Assembly: GCF_028368995.1 (NCBI RefSeq)
Contig: NZ_JAQNDL010000003.1
Coordinates: forward strand, 2,528,001 to 2,592,000
DNA: 64,000 nucleotides
Direction: 5' to 3'
DNA from: Nannocystis bainbridge
GTDB lineage: Bacteria > Myxococcota_A > Polyangia > Nannocystales > Nannocystaceae
The notes below the pieces were generated by a model, which was not told the origin of the DNA, searched no databases, and saw only the letters and a list, made by a program, of their open reading frames with translations. Within the stretch, counting starts at the first letter, position 1. Every line of letters begins with the position of its first letter. The position numbers and the translations under genes were made by a program. Positions 30,871 to 39,665 of this stretch are shown piece by piece.

Positions 30871-30941
30871 GGCCCTGTAGTTCAACGGCAGAACCCCGCG
30901 CTCTCTACGCGGAAACCGGAGATCGTCACTCCGCAGGGTCA
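30871..30941 (+). tRNA. tRNA-Glu(CUC)
   Basis: GGCCCTG/CAGGGTC; CCGCG-CT-CTC-TA-CGCGG; T-loop ATCGTCA. Confidence 0.8.
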
Positions 30942-30947
30942 TTCGTA

Positions 30948-31020
30948 CGAGGTGAAGGCTTGATGGTAAGCCGCATGCTCGGGGAGCATGAGATTGTGCG
31001 TTCGACTCGCACCACCTCGA
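30948..31020 (+). tRNA. tRNA-Pro(GGG)
   Basis: CGAGGTG/CACCTCG (C1-G72, A73); CATGC-TC-GGG-GA-GCATG. Confidence 0.83.
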
Positions 31021-31042
31021 TTGTTTTTATTTCAACAATCAT

Positions 31043-31116
31043 CGGAGACGGATCGCGGAGTGCGAGGCGTGTTTCGGGAACACGTAGGCGGGGTGCGACG
31101 CCCCGGTCTCCGACCA
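31043..31116 (+). tRNA. tRNA-Pro(CGG), encoded CCA
   Basis: CGGAGAC/GTCTCCG, A73 then CCA; CGTGT-TT-CGG-GA-ACACG; T-loop TGCGACG. Confidence 0.8.
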
Positions 31117-31162
31117 ACCCCTGCCCCGGGCCGCGGCCAAGCGCTGCGGCCCGGGCTCTCTC

Positions 31163-31233
31163 CCGCGTCCGTGGACGGTGCCACACCTCGTCTGATAAGC
31201 GAGCCCTTCGGAGTTCAACTCTCCGGGCGCGGA
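31163..31233 (+). tRNA. tRNA-Ile(GAU)
   Basis: CCGCGTC/GGCGCGG, A73; CTCGT-CT-GAT-AA-GCGAG; TTCAACT. Confidence 0.78.
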
Positions 31234-31277
31234 TTTCGATTCTCTTCCTCATCCACGATCCGCGTCGTGCCCCGGGC

Positions 31278-31904
31278 TCATGGCCCGGGGCGCGGCGCCA
31301 GGTAGCCGCCGACGAGGGCGATGAGCTCCTCGACGAGGCGGGGGTCGGACAGCCGCTCGGGCTGCTCGAGCACGCACGTGAGGATCACCCACTCGATCGC
31401 GCTGACGATCACGAACGCGGCCAGCTCCGGGTCGACCGGCCGCAGCTCGGCGCTGCGGGCGATCAACGCGTCGCGCAGGCGCTCGCGGCCCGCGTGCACG
31501 TGGGCCCGCAACGCCTCGACGCGACCGACCCGCGGCACGTGCAGCAGCACCGCGCGGAAGAACTCCAGATCGCCGCGGTAGAGGTCGATCGCGGCGCGCA
31601 GGCCGTCGCGCATCTGCTCGGCGAAGGAGCCGCCGTCGGGCGCCGGGACCTCGAACACGCGCTCGATGCCGCGGGTGAACTTGCGGTCGAGCGCCGCCGC
31701 GAGCATCGCCTCCTTGCTCGGGAAGTACTGGTAGAGCGAACCGACGCTGACCCCGGCGACCCGCGCGATCTCGTTGGTCGTCGTCGCCTCGAGGCCGCGC
31801 TCGCCGAGCACGCGGACGGCGGCGTCGAGCAGCGTATCGACCATCTGCTGGCTCCGCGCCTGGCGCGGCTGCTTGCGCGGGGTATGGCGAATCGGCGAAG
31901 TCAT
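31278..31904 (-). CDS. TetR/AcrR family regulator
   Basis: PRQARS; TTNEIARVAGVSVGSLYQYFPSK HTH. Confidence 0.92.
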   Translation of the reverse strand: MTSPIRHTPRKQPRQARSQQMVDTLLDAAVRVLGERGLEATTTNEIARVAGVSVGSLYQYFPSKEAMLAAALDRKFTRGIERVFEVPAPDGGSFAEQMRDGLRAAIDLYRGDLEFFRAVLLHVPRVGRVEALRAHVHAGRERLRDALIARSAELRPVDPELAAFVIVSAIEWVILTCVLEQPERLSDPRLVEELIALVGGYLAPRPGP

Positions 31905-31932
31905 CGGATCGCCCCTCGCACCGGGAGCACGG

Positions 31933-32334
31933 TCATTCGCCCTGCTCCGCGCTCTCGCGCGTCGGCGTCGGCGTCGGCTCGGCGGCGACGGCGGCGGGGG
32001 TCGCCTTGACGATCAGGTAGCGCAGCGGCGCGTCGTCACGCTCGTTGCGCAGCTCGAGCGTCGACCGGAACGGCAGGAACACCACCGAGCCGGGGCCGAA
32101 CGGCAGCGCGTGGCCGTCGACCCGCGCCTCGCCGCAGCCCGTCAGGCCGATCACGATCTCCGAGTCGCGCTGCTGCACGTGGCGCCCCACGTGCCCGCCC
32201 GCCTCGAGCACGCACGAGAGCACCGACGTGAACGGCGGCGCGGGCTGGCCCGCCAGCAGGTCCCAGACGAGCACCTCGCCGTGACCGCCGAACATCGCCT
32301 GTCGCCGCGAGGGTGGGCCGTGACCGATCTGCAT
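31933..32334 (-). CDS. Cupin domain protein
   Basis: VGRHVQ..EIVI..G.G..GPGSVVF..LRN cupin pattern. Confidence 0.75.
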   Translation of the reverse strand: MQIGHGPPSRRQAMFGGHGEVLVWDLLAGQPAPPFTSVLSCVLEAGGHVGRHVQQRDSEIVIGLTGCGEARVDGHALPFGPGSVVFLPFRSTLELRNERDDAPLRYLIVKATPAAVAAEPTPTPTRESAEQGE

Positions 32335-32447
32335 CGGCCCATGATACCACGCCTCGCCCGCCATGACGGACGAATCCGCGCCCCGCCAGCGCCGTCGCCC
32401 TCACGAATGGCGGCACGGAGCGCTGTGTCCACGCATTCGAGCTATGA

Positions 32448-33290
32448 TCATAGCTCGAGCGTGGCCCCGAGACCCAGGAAGCGCGTGCGCTCCTCCAGAC
32501 CCGCGGCTGCGAACGCGCGGTGCAGCTCGCTCTCCGGCTGCTGGAAATGCGCCCAGCCGGTGCGGTGGATCGGCAAGATCTGCCTGGCATCGACCATGCG
32601 GCAGGCCGCGATCGCCTCGGCCGCGTCGAACGTGAAGCGGGCATGGCGGAAGCCCGGCGCGTGCGGGAAGCCGACGGCGCCGCAGTGGACCACCGCGAGG
32701 TCGACGGGGCGCTCGCGCCGGAGCTCGGACAGTTTGGCCGCGAGCGCCGGAAACATCACCGTGTCGCCCGAGATCCACACGCGCGGGCCGTCGTCGACGT
32801 CGATCACGAAGCCCGTGACCTCGTGGACCTGCGGCGCGTAGCTCGGGCCGTGGCGGGCCACGATCGCGGTGATCGTCAGCGGCCCGACGCGTGTGCGAGC
32901 GCCCGGTGCGAGGCCGATCGCGCGCTCGCCGAGGCCGAGGCCGCGGCCGGGCGCGTCATGGTTCGCCGGCGAGCGGGCCAGGCGGCGCGCGCTCGGCACG
33001 GTCGTGATCACCTGCGCCACGCGGGCCTCGTCGGCCACCAGCGCGCGGCCGGAGAGATCGAGGTTGTCGGCGTGATGGTCGTGGCTGAGCAGCACCGCGT
33101 CGAAGCGGCCGAGCGACGCCGGGCTCACCGGCGTCGTGTAGCGCTTCTCACTGGCGAACCACGAGCGCGGCGTGAACCACAGCCCGAAGTCGTAGGTGCT
33201 GCCCATCGCATCGAACACCGGGTCGGTCAGGAGCCGCGTCTCACCGACGCGGATCGCCAGCGTCGCGGTGCCGAGGTACGTCAGCTCCAT
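32448..33290 (-). CDS. MBL-fold metallo-hydrolase (UlaG-like)
   Basis: LTDP, SHDHHADNLD, ISGDT, PIH. Confidence 0.85.
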   Translation of the reverse strand: MELTYLGTATLAIRVGETRLLTDPVFDAMGSTYDFGLWFTPRSWFASEKRYTTPVSPASLGRFDAVLLSHDHHADNLDLSGRALVADEARVAQVITTVPSARRLARSPANHDAPGRGLGLGERAIGLAPGARTRVGPLTITAIVARHGPSYAPQVHEVTGFVIDVDDGPRVWISGDTVMFPALAAKLSELRRERPVDLAVVHCGAVGFPHAPGFRHARFTFDAAEAIAACRMVDARQILPIHRTGWAHFQQPESELHRAFAAAGLEERTRFLGLGATLEL

Positions 33291-33297
33291 GGCCGGC

Positions 33298-34131
33298 TCA
33301 CGACGCCGCGCGGCTCTGCAGGAACGCCAGCAGGTCGGCGTTGATGCGGTCCTTTTGGGTGGTCGGCAGGCCGTGGTCACCGCCCGCGTAGACCTTGAGC
33401 TGCGAGCCCTTGACCAGCTTGTGACCGGCGTGCGCACTGGCGCCGATGGGCACTATTTGGTCGTCGTCTCCGTGGATGAACAGCGTCGGCACGTCGACCT
33501 TCTTCAGGTCCTCGGTGAAGTCGGTCTCGGAGAACGCCTTGATGCAATCGAGCGCGTTCTTGAGGCCGGCCTGCATGCCCTGGCGCCAGAAGCTGTCGCG
33601 CACGCCGTCGGACAGCTTGCCGCCGGGGCGATTGGCGCCGTAGAACGCGGTCGGCAGGTCCTTGAAGAACTGCGAGCGGTCGGCCGTGACGGCGGTGCGG
33701 ATGCCATCGAACGCGTCGAGCGGGATGCCGCCCGGGTTGGCCTCCGTCTTCAGCATCAGCGGCGGCACCGCGCCGACCAGCACCAGCTGGGCGACCCGCG
33801 ACGTGCCGTGGCGACCGACGTAGCGGGTCGCCTCGCCGCCGCCCGTCGAGTGGCCGATGAGCGTCGCCTGCTGCAGATCGAGGTGCTCGATCAGCTGCGC
33901 CAGGTCGTCGGCGTACGTGTCCATCTCATTGCCGTCGTACGGCTGGCTCGAGCGACCGTGACCGCGACGGTCGTGGGCGATGCAGCGATAGCCGCGCGCC
34001 GCGAGGAACACCATCTGGTCCTCCCACGCGTCGGCGGTGAGCGGCCAGCCGTGGCTGAACACCACCGGGCGACCGGCGCCCCAATCCTTGTAGTAGATCT
34101 GCGTTCCATCCTTGACGGTGATCGTGGCCAT
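33298..34131 (-). CDS. cpo: Non-heme chloroperoxidase/arylesterase
   Basis: [40 protein letters not shown]. Confidence 0.92.
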   Translation of the reverse strand: MATITVKDGTQIYYKDWGAGRPVVFSHGWPLTADAWEDQMVFLAARGYRCIAHDRRGHGRSSQPYDGNEMDTYADDLAQLIEHLDLQQATLIGHSTGGGEATRYVGRHGTSRVAQLVLVGAVPPLMLKTEANPGGIPLDAFDGIRTAVTADRSQFFKDLPTAFYGANRPGGKLSDGVRDSFWRQGMQAGLKNALDCIKAFSETDFTEDLKKVDVPTLFIHGDDDQIVPIGASAHAGHKLVKGSQLKVYAGGDHGLPTTQKDRINADLLAFLQSRAAS

Positions 34132-34137
34132 GACGGG

Positions 34138-35613
34138 TCAGTCCTTTCTCTCGTTCGCCGGCGCGGCGGCGGGTTGGTCGAGGCCCAGCGCGCGGGCCAC
34201 ACCGGCACCGTACGCGGGATCGGCCTTCGTGCAATTGGCGACGTGGCGGCGCTGCACCTCGAGCGACGCGCCGCCGAGCGAGCGGCCGGTGTTGGCGAAC
34301 AGCGCCTGCTGCTGCGCCGGTTTCATCAGGCGGAACAGGTTACCCGGCTGCTCCCAGTGGTCCTCGTCGACGCGGTGGTCCCAGTGGGCCGCGTCGCCCG
34401 GGGTCGCGAGCGGCGGCTCACCTGCGTCGGGGTTGTCGTTCCATTCGCCGTGGCGGTTGGGCCAGTAGTGCTTGGTCGCGCCGAGGTTGCCGTCGACCCG
34501 CATCGCGCCGTCGCGGTGGAAGCTGTGGAACGGGCACTTCGGGGCGTTGACGGGGATCTGATTGAAGTTGACGCCGAGGCGGTAGCGCTGGGCGTCGCCG
34601 TAGGAGAAGAGGCGCGACTGCAGCATGCGGTCGGGCGAGAAGCCGATCCCGGGGACGATGTTGGCCGGCGAGAACGCGGCCTGCTCGACCTCGGCGAACA
34701 CGTTGTCGGGGTTGCGATTGAGCTCGAGCACGCCGACCTCGATGAGCGGGTAATCGCCGTGCGGCCACACCTTCGTCAGGTCGAACGGGTTGTGCTTGTG
34801 CGTCTGCGCCTGCGCCTCGGTCATCACCTGAATGCAGAACTTCCAGCGCGGGAAGCGGCCGGCCTCGAGGCTCTCGAACAGGTCGCGCTGGCTGCTCTCG
34901 CGGTCCTTGCCGACCACCGCCTCGGCCTCGGCGTCGGTGAAATTTTCGATGCCCTGCTGGCTTACGAAATGGAACTTGACCCACACGCGCTCGTTGGCCC
35001 CGTTGATCAGGCTGAAGGTGTGGCTGCCGAAACCGTGCATCGTGCGATAGCTGCGCGGCAGGCCGCGGTCGCTCATCACGATCGTCACCTGGTGCAGCGC
35101 CTCCGGCAGGCCCGACCAGAAATCCCAGTTGTTGTCGGCGTTGCGCATGCCGGTCCGCGGGTCGCGCTTGACCGCGTGGTTGAGGTCGGGGAAGCGCAGC
35201 GGATCGCGGAAGAAGAACACCGGGGTGTTGTTGCCGACGATGTCCCAGTTACCCTCTTCGGTGTAGAACTTGACCGCGAAGCCACGGATGTCGCGCTCGG
35301 CGTCGGCGGCCCCGCGCTCGCCCGCGACCGTCGAGAAGCGCACGAACACCGGCGTCTGCTTGCCGACCGCGCCGAACAGCTTGGCCCGGCTGTAACGCGT
35401 GACGTCCTGCGTCACGGTGAAGGTGCCGTAGGCTCCCGAGCCCTTGGCGTGCATGCGCCGCTCGGGGATCACCTCGCGGTCGAAGTGCGCGAGCTTCTCG
35501 AGCAGCCAGATGTCTTGCAAGAGCGCCGGGCCGCGCGGACCCACCGTCTGAATGTTGACATTGTCGACCACGGGCGCGCCCGTCGCGTGCGTCAATTTGG
35601 GCTTTTCGGACAT
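34138..35613 (-). CDS. katA: Monofunctional heme catalase (small subunit)
   Basis: [15 protein letters not shown]; RFSTVAGE; [12 protein letters not shown]. Confidence 0.96.
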   Translation of the reverse strand: MSEKPKLTHATGAPVVDNVNIQTVGPRGPALLQDIWLLEKLAHFDREVIPERRMHAKGSGAYGTFTVTQDVTRYSRAKLFGAVGKQTPVFVRFSTVAGERGAADAERDIRGFAVKFYTEEGNWDIVGNNTPVFFFRDPLRFPDLNHAVKRDPRTGMRNADNNWDFWSGLPEALHQVTIVMSDRGLPRSYRTMHGFGSHTFSLINGANERVWVKFHFVSQQGIENFTDAEAEAVVGKDRESSQRDLFESLEAGRFPRWKFCIQVMTEAQAQTHKHNPFDLTKVWPHGDYPLIEVGVLELNRNPDNVFAEVEQAAFSPANIVPGIGFSPDRMLQSRLFSYGDAQRYRLGVNFNQIPVNAPKCPFHSFHRDGAMRVDGNLGATKHYWPNRHGEWNDNPDAGEPPLATPGDAAHWDHRVDEDHWEQPGNLFRLMKPAQQQALFANTGRSLGGASLEVQRRHVANCTKADPAYGAGVARALGLDQPAAAPANERKD

Positions 35614-35649
35614 CAGTACCTCCGGTGTATCGCGAGCATGCCCGAAAGC

Positions 35650-35671
35650 GAAAACCCGACCAAGGTCGGGT
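35650..35671 (-). promoter_or_regulatory. 22-bp palindromic operator upstream of katA
   Basis: ACCCGACC-TT-GGTCGGGT-TTTC; identical copy at 38525-38546. Confidence 0.7.
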
Positions 35672-35777
35672 GACCGCGTTCGGCCCGTTTCGCGGTCGGG
35701 CCGGATCGAGGCTCGCTATCCTCGATCGTCACGGCGCCGTGACGGCAGCGACGATCCGGAAAAGCCCCATCAGGTCT

Positions 35778-38441
35778 TCACGCCCGCAGCTCCTCGAGCG
35801 CGAACTGAAACGTCGCCCCATGGGTCTCGTTGGCGGTGGCCCACAGCTTGCCGCCGTGGCGCTCGAGGATCGAGCGGCTGATCGAAAGACCCATGCCGAG
35901 GCCGTGCTCCTTCGTGGTGTAGAAGGCGTCGAAAAGGCGCGCGCGGTCGGTGCCGGCGCCCAGGCCGACGCCGACGTCTTCGACCGCGACGTGCACGAAC
36001 GAGCCGCTCTGACGCCGCTCGACGAACGAGTGGATCACCACGCGACGGCGCTCCGCCGGCATGTCCTTGCACGCCTCGCCGGCGTTGAGCAGCAGGTTCA
36101 GCACCACCTGTCGCAGCTGCACCGGATCGCCCTCCACTCGCGGTAATTCGGGCAGCAGCGCCTGATGAATCTCGATGTGGTGCCGCGTCAGCTGCGGCGC
36201 CACCAGCGGGACCACCTCGCGGATCACGTCGTTGAGGTCGCACGCGAGGTGCTGCGGCGACACCCGCGACAGCAGCGAGCGGATCTGCCGCAACACCTGG
36301 GCCGCGCGCCCGCCCTGGTCGATGATCACGGCCAACGACTCGCGCACCTTCGCCAGCGCCGGCGGCTCGGCGGCCGACCAGTTGAGCGCCGCGCTGGCCT
36401 CGGCGATGATCGCCGTCAACGGTTGATTGACCTCGTGGGCGATCGAGGCCGCCAGCTCGCCGAGAGTCGTCACCCGCGAGACGTGGGTCAGGGCCGCCTG
36501 CGCCTGCTGCAGCTCGTCGGCCGCGCGGCGGCTGGCGGTGATGTCGGTCGCAGCGCCGACGAGCTCGAACTCGCCGGCGGCGCTGGTGCGCGAGCGGCCG
36601 AGCACGCGGACCAGCTTGACCGCGCCGTCGTCCATCACCAGGCGATGCTCGTGGTCGAAGTCGCCGCCCTCGCGCAGCGTCCGGCGCACGAGCTCGACGA
36701 CGCGCTCGCTATCGTCGGGGTGGATGCGCTCGAGCAACTGGGCGAGGTCGGGCCGCGGCGTCCCGGGCAGGCCGACGATCTCGCGGATGCCCTCGGAGAA
36801 GTCGCATTCACGGGTGCGGAGGTTGACGCCGAAGCTGCCGGTGCGACTGAGGCGCTCGGCCTCGACGCGATACGCCTCGCTGCGCCGCAACGCTTCCTCT
36901 GACTGGCTGCGCTCGATCGCCAGGCTGGTCACGCGGGCGCACCACTCGAGCAGCTCGAGCTCGCTGGCGGTCGGGCCGCGCGGCTGGGCGGCGTAGATGC
37001 CGAACGTGCCCAGCACCCTGCCGTCGGTCGAGAACATCGGCAGCGACCAGCACGCGCGCAGGCCGTGGGCCAGCGCGTGCTCGCGGAACAGCGCGCCGAG
37101 CGGGTCGGTCTCGATGTCGGTCACCACGACCAGCTCTCTCCGCCAGGCCGCGGTCCCGCACACGAACGCGTTCGGCCCGATCGGCGAGCCGTCGATCGCC
37201 GCGGTGAAGCTGCGCGGCAGGCTCACCGCGGCGATGTGGCGCACGGTGCCCGCTTCGGGATCGAGCAAAAGGATCGACGCTCGCGCGCCCGGGGTGCCTT
37301 CCTCGACCAGACGGACCACGCCTTCGAGGAAGCGCGAGGCCGGTTCGCCGCGCGTCAGCATCTCGAGCAGGCGCTGCTCGCCGGCGGCGCGCGCCTGCGC
37401 TTGCTTCTGCTCCTCGATGTCGCTGCCGAGGCCCCACCACTTCGCCACCTCGCCGCGCTCGTCGAGCAGCGGCACCGCGTGGATCTGGAACCACCGGTAG
37501 CGACCGCACGCGCGCTTCAGACGGGCCTCGATGCGCCCCTCCTTGCCCGACGCGAGCAGCCGCGCCCACGCTTCGATCACCGCGGCGCGGTCGCTCGGAT
37601 GGACCAGGTCGGTGGTCACCCAGGCCCAACCTCGCAGCTCCGGCTCCGCCTTGCCCGCGTACGTCTGCCAGCCCCGGCTCAGGAACTCGAGCGAGCCGTC
37701 GGCGCGGGCGCTCCACACCAGGCCGGGCACCGCGTCGATGACCGCGAGCAGCTCGTCGACCGCACCGCCGCCGTCGCGCAGATCGAGCAACGTCGGCGCG
37801 ATGTGACCGTGCGTTGCCCAGGCAACCGCGCATCGCTGAAGATCGGCGAGGACCTGGCTAGCCGTCGCGTACCCGACTTCGTCGCGCTCGACGAGCCGCG
37901 CCACGATCTGCTCGAGCGCCCGCGGCGACCCGTCCGTCGCGCCGACCAACATCTCGTGCAGCACCGCGCCGCAGCCGCGGAGGTCGCAGCGCACGTCGAC
38001 GGAGCGATCGGTCACGACCGCGCCGAGCCGCGCCGCCGCGCCGAAGCCGGTCAGCCAGCACTCGCCGGTGGCCGGCTTCGTCAGCACGTTGCTCGCGCGG
38101 AAGTCGTTGTGCGCCAGGCCTCGCGCGTGCAGCCGCACCAGCGCGGTGACCAGCCCGATCGCCACGCGCAGGAACGCCGCGATGTCCCACGGCGCGCCGA
38201 GCAGCTCGCCGAGCGGCCGGCCGCCGGGATCGGCGAATGTCAGCGACACGCTGTCGCCGTCCCGCTCGATCGTCAGCGGGCGCAACGCCGCCGATGGATC
38301 GAGCTCGTCGCGCAGCGACCACTCGTGCTCGAGCATGGCGACGCCCCACGCGTCGCTGCAGGTCCGCACCAGCCGCGACGCGCTCCCGCCCGCTCCATCG
38401 ACGCGAATGTCACTCACGGGCGCGTGCAGAGTGAGACTCAT
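35778..38441 (-). CDS. PAS-GAF-PAS sensor histidine kinase with degenerate N-terminal Ser/Thr-kinase-like domain
   Basis: HEVNQPL H-box; NLLLNA; FYTTK; GLGMGLSI; PAS motif VHP.D; kinase-like HNDFRASNV and LTGFG. Confidence 0.87.
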   Translation of the reverse strand: MSLTLHAPVSDIRVDGAGGSASRLVRTCSDAWGVAMLEHEWSLRDELDPSAALRPLTIERDGDSVSLTFADPGGRPLGELLGAPWDIAAFLRVAIGLVTALVRLHARGLAHNDFRASNVLTKPATGECWLTGFGAAARLGAVVTDRSVDVRCDLRGCGAVLHEMLVGATDGSPRALEQIVARLVERDEVGYATASQVLADLQRCAVAWATHGHIAPTLLDLRDGGGAVDELLAVIDAVPGLVWSARADGSLEFLSRGWQTYAGKAEPELRGWAWVTTDLVHPSDRAAVIEAWARLLASGKEGRIEARLKRACGRYRWFQIHAVPLLDERGEVAKWWGLGSDIEEQKQAQARAAGEQRLLEMLTRGEPASRFLEGVVRLVEEGTPGARASILLLDPEAGTVRHIAAVSLPRSFTAAIDGSPIGPNAFVCGTAAWRRELVVVTDIETDPLGALFREHALAHGLRACWSLPMFSTDGRVLGTFGIYAAQPRGPTASELELLEWCARVTSLAIERSQSEEALRRSEAYRVEAERLSRTGSFGVNLRTRECDFSEGIREIVGLPGTPRPDLAQLLERIHPDDSERVVELVRRTLREGGDFDHEHRLVMDDGAVKLVRVLGRSRTSAAGEFELVGAATDITASRRAADELQQAQAALTHVSRVTTLGELAASIAHEVNQPLTAIIAEASAALNWSAAEPPALAKVRESLAVIIDQGGRAAQVLRQIRSLLSRVSPQHLACDLNDVIREVVPLVAPQLTRHHIEIHQALLPELPRVEGDPVQLRQVVLNLLLNAGEACKDMPAERRRVVIHSFVERRQSGSFVHVAVEDVGVGLGAGTDRARLFDAFYTTKEHGLGMGLSISRSILERHGGKLWATANETHGATFQFALEELRA

Positions 38442-38524
38442 GGACCGCCCGACTATAACCGCTTCTGCTTTTCGCACGAACCGGCTTTCGGAGGTCCCCA
38501 GCCCGCACGCGGACGTTCCGCCCG

Positions 38525-38546
38525 ACCCGACCTTGGTCGGGTTTTC
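38525..38546 (+). promoter_or_regulatory. Second copy of the 22-bp operator, upstream of the lysophospholipase
   Basis: Exact reverse complement of 35650-35671. Confidence 0.7.
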
Positions 38547-38656
38547 TGCGCTTGCGATCGCGGCGATACGGATACGACTCCCACGCCTGCGCGGTCGGTC
38601 TCTCACGCTGAACCTCGCGCTGCGTGAGTCCGCCTCCAATCGGAAGGAACGTCGAG

Positions 38657-39478
38657 ATGAAGCAAGAGAAGTTCGCAGCCAACGACGGCACCCAGATCCA
38701 CCTGCGCTCGTGGCAGCCCGCCGACCCGCGCGCGATCCTGGTGATCGTCCATGGGTTCAAGGCGCACGGGGGCCTTTACGAGTGGGCCGGCGGCCAGTTC
38801 GCCGAGCGTGGGTTCGCCGTCTACGCGCTCGACCTGCGCGGTCACGGCGTGTCCGAGGGCGACCGGCTCGAGGTCGGCAAGTTCGGCGACTACGTCGGCG
38901 ACGTCCATACCCTCGTCAAGCTGGCCAAGGCCCGCAACCCCGGGCTGCAGGTGTTCCTGCTCGGACACAGCGCCGGCGGCGTGATCTCCAGCATCTACAC
39001 GCTCGAGCACCAGGAAGAGCTCGCGGGCTTCATCTGCGAGAGCTTCGCCCACGAGGTGCCGGCGCCGGACTTCGTGCTCGCGGTCCTCAAGGGCCTCAGC
39101 CACATCACGCCGCACGCCCACGTGCTCAAGCTCGAGGACGAGGGCTTCTCGCGCGACCCCGCGGTGGTGGAGGCGATGAAGAACGACCCGCTGATCGAGC
39201 GCCAGGGCTACCCGGCGTATACGGTCGCCGAGATGGTCCGCGCCGACGAGCGGCTCAAGCGCGAGTTCCCGCAGATCACCCTGCCGGTGCTCATCCTCCA
39301 CGGCACCGCGGACCGCGTGACCCTGCCGAAGGGCAGCCAGCGGTTCTTCGACACCGGCGGCTCGCAGGACAAGACCCTCAAGCTGTACGAGGACCACTAC
39401 CACGACCTGCTGGCCGACTACGGCAAGGAGACCGTGCTGGCCGACATCCTGGCGTGGATCGTGGCGCGCATCCGCTGA
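38657..39478 (+). CDS. Lysophospholipase/monoglyceride lipase (Hydrolase_4)
   Basis: VHG, DLRGHG.S, GHSAGG, HGTAD, YHDL. Confidence 0.88.
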   Translation: MKQEKFAANDGTQIHLRSWQPADPRAILVIVHGFKAHGGLYEWAGGQFAERGFAVYALDLRGHGVSEGDRLEVGKFGDYVGDVHTLVKLAKARNPGLQVFLLGHSAGGVISSIYTLEHQEELAGFICESFAHEVPAPDFVLAVLKGLSHITPHAHVLKLEDEGFSRDPAVVEAMKNDPLIERQGYPAYTVAEMVRADERLKREFPQITLPVLILHGTADRVTLPKGSQRFFDTGGSQDKTLKLYEDHYHDLLADYGKETVLADILAWIVARIR

Positions 39479-39665
39479 GCGTCGACTGCCACCATTCAGG
39501 TCAGGCCCGGCCGCGCCACGCGCGAGCCGGGCTGCTGTGTTTGCCCTGCCTCAATGATCATAGCATCCGGTGAGCCCGAGGCGATGGACAGGTTCGGCAC
39601 GTCGCGCCGCAGCCGGCGCGGGACCGCGCCGGCTCTCCATCGACTAGTCCTTCAGGACATGTCCC

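Larger units (their letters stand above)
28643..31259. repeat. 20-bp inverted repeat pair bracketing the tRNA array (28643-28662 and 31240-31259)
   Basis: ATCGTGGAAGAGGAAGAGAA versus TTCTCTTCCTCATCCACGAT, 19/20 complementary. Confidence 0.85.

Noticed and set aside
30896-30912. CTA in the tRNA-Glu loop suggesting an amber suppressor (likewise TTA in tRNA-Asn)
   Set aside because: The 5-bp stems centre the 7-nt loops on CTC and GTT; the stop anticodons are off-centre
28200-31300. Array as part of a prophage or ICE
   Set aside because: No integrase, att duplication, or phage or conjugation genes in the window
28266-31305. ORFs called across the tRNA array
   Set aside because: They overlap tRNA cloverleaves and lack host codon bias or recognisable domains
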